DNA of 64,000 bases from Eledone cirrhosa (taxonomy: Eukaryota), in the NCBI GenBank assembly GCA_964016885.1, contig OZ024745.1, positions 54,374,001-54,438,000 of the forward strand, read 5' to 3'. The translations under genes were made by a program, and so were the position numbers. Positions 62,450 through 64,000 of the stretch are shown piece after piece. The notes beneath the pieces were generated by a model. It was not told the origin of the DNA, made no database searches, and saw only the letters and a list, made by a program, of their open reading frames with translations. Every line of letters starts with the position of its first letter. The stretch's first letter is position 1.

Positions 62450-62520
62450 ACTAATACATTGTTTATCGATCCAAGAAGGATGAATGTCAAAGTCAGATTT
62501 GAACTTATAGTGTAAAGAAT
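62450..62520 (-). mobile_element. Degenerate SINE core fragment
   Basis: tttatcgatccaagaaggatgaatgtcaaagtcagatttgaact resembles the SINE core with a deletion. Confidence 0.6.
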
Positions 62521-62996
62521 GGGAACAAGACACTGCCAAATCACGGATTCTATTACGTTTAAAAATTAGAAACTTATTATGTGGGAACTAAGTAAAAAGC
62601 TGGTGTTTTGAGTGATGCACAACAAATGTTTCTTTAGTGAGGACATGATAATAAAAAGTCACTGTAGATCTAAACAGAACCTTCTGGAAGCATGGGAATA
62701 AATGGATATTAATGATACATGTTTTTCTCCATGGGTATAATATCAATGAATAGATATGATTTCAAGTTAAATTCCTTCTCAACTTAAGAGATGTAACGAT
62801 TGGAAAGGTTATTGAAAGCTATTTTAAATACAAAACAATTTACACCCCATCCACGTCCATTCAAGTAAAATCGTTATATTTCACCAGCCTGATAGTGTTA
62901 CTTATCAATAGTCCTACAATGAAAACATCTAATGTCAAAGCCATTGCTTTGAGCGTCTTACGAACATACTGCTTAGAGAAATGTGCTGGGATACAA

Positions 62997-63172
62997 ATAA
63001 TTGTTTCTACTTTTGGCGCAAGGCTAGCAAATATCACAGTGCATTACTGGTACTTTATTTTATCGACCTCGTAAGGATGAAAGGCAAAGTTAACCTCGGC
63101 GGGATTTGAACTCAAACCGTAAAGGGCCGTAACTATGCTGCAAAGTATGTTGTTCGATACTCTACCGATACT
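62997..63172 (-). mobile_element. tRNA-derived SINE, short form, slightly 5'-truncated
   Basis: Close match to the copies at 56503 and 58387; B-box gagttcaaatcc on the minus strand. Confidence 0.9.
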
Positions 63173-63973
63173 AGGACTATTCGCTGAAAATGAAATTCTG
63201 CTGCTTTCAAGTTAACGTAGACATTTAACCTCTAAACCCGGATTTTACAAAAGACTACTTGAATGATATGTGATCAAACACATCATTGTGTTAGAGAACA
63301 ATGTAAAACAAATGTACATAACATTCATTCGTAAAAGAATGCAACTGAGATCTCTAGCAATCTTTTCTCTCATTGTAACTGTCATATGTTAGAACTCAAT
63401 AATGCCATTTACATCCCATAAGAAGTTGTCCAGGAATAAGACGAAGCAAGTGAAAATGTTAATGAAAATCTAGCCATATGTGGATACATATGGCTAGGAA
63501 ATGAACACCTTGCTCATTTAAACATCGGGTACTACGGGCTAACAAGACATCTACGTAGTAATTCCATTTACCCGAAATAGAAGCCAAATCTCTCGCATAA
63601 AAATGTCTTCAAAAATAAGTTAACACACAGCATAATGTTAGTCATAATGATAAAACATTCAATCATGTGTGAAATCGAGTAGCTTTTGGTAAAGTTACGT
63701 GATCTCATCTGCCTAAAACAACATAAAAAACTTAAAGAAATATCCTTGGATTTGGATGAAAGATACTGACCCAGAAATTGAATATTTACAGTAAATATGT
63801 TACAGAATATTACAGGATAGAGCTTATACAGCGGTTGCTTAAATCCCAGCCAACCGAACAAACTAACAGAAAAAGAAGGCGCTAAAACGTCCCTATCGGT
63901 TAAATAAATACCAACAGTTTATATTGTTGAACTATTAACTTCGAATGCATCGCTCTGTCCACCTCACTCTCTA

Positions 63974-64000
63974 TACCTACCTACCTACCTACCTACCTAC
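63974..64000. repeat. (CCTA)n microsatellite running off the window edge
   Basis: Directly visible. Confidence 0.85.

Noticed and set aside
63568-63861. 97-aa minus-strand ORF with RFGF, reminiscent of a piggyBac transposase motif
   Set aside because: Only four residues match and no other transposase motifs are visible.

Overview
Eukaryotic, repeat-dominated DNA with no confidently identifiable host protein-coding gene. The tRNA-derived SINE and the microsatellite load resemble octopod cephalopod genomes (recognition from memory, not a search). Positions 1 to ~42.75 kb are one very large, almost C-free, G/T-rich satellite with a three-level hierarchy: NNT triplets build a 69-bp monomer and a ~42-bp GGT-rich monomer, which build 2.5-5.4 kb higher-order units in three ordered subfamilies. 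Most long ORFs in the track follow from having T at every third base. Two properties stand out. First, all eight unit-to-unit distances are multiples of 3, even though each unit has about six frame-shifting indels and the subfamilies compensate differently. Second, in the leftmost subfamily the minus strand is tiled end-to-end by alternating Asn/Thr-rich and Pro/Thr-rich ORFs joined by overlapping start/stop codons. The remaining ~21 kb is intergenic or intronic. It holds compound microsatellites, SINE copies with target-site duplications (including an inverted pair), an RTE-like remnant, a degraded APE-type LINE, a probable hAT-like non-autonomous element, and several fold-back palindromes centred on (AT)n, the largest 437 bp. 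Coordinates were counted by hand; diffuse boundaries are approximate.
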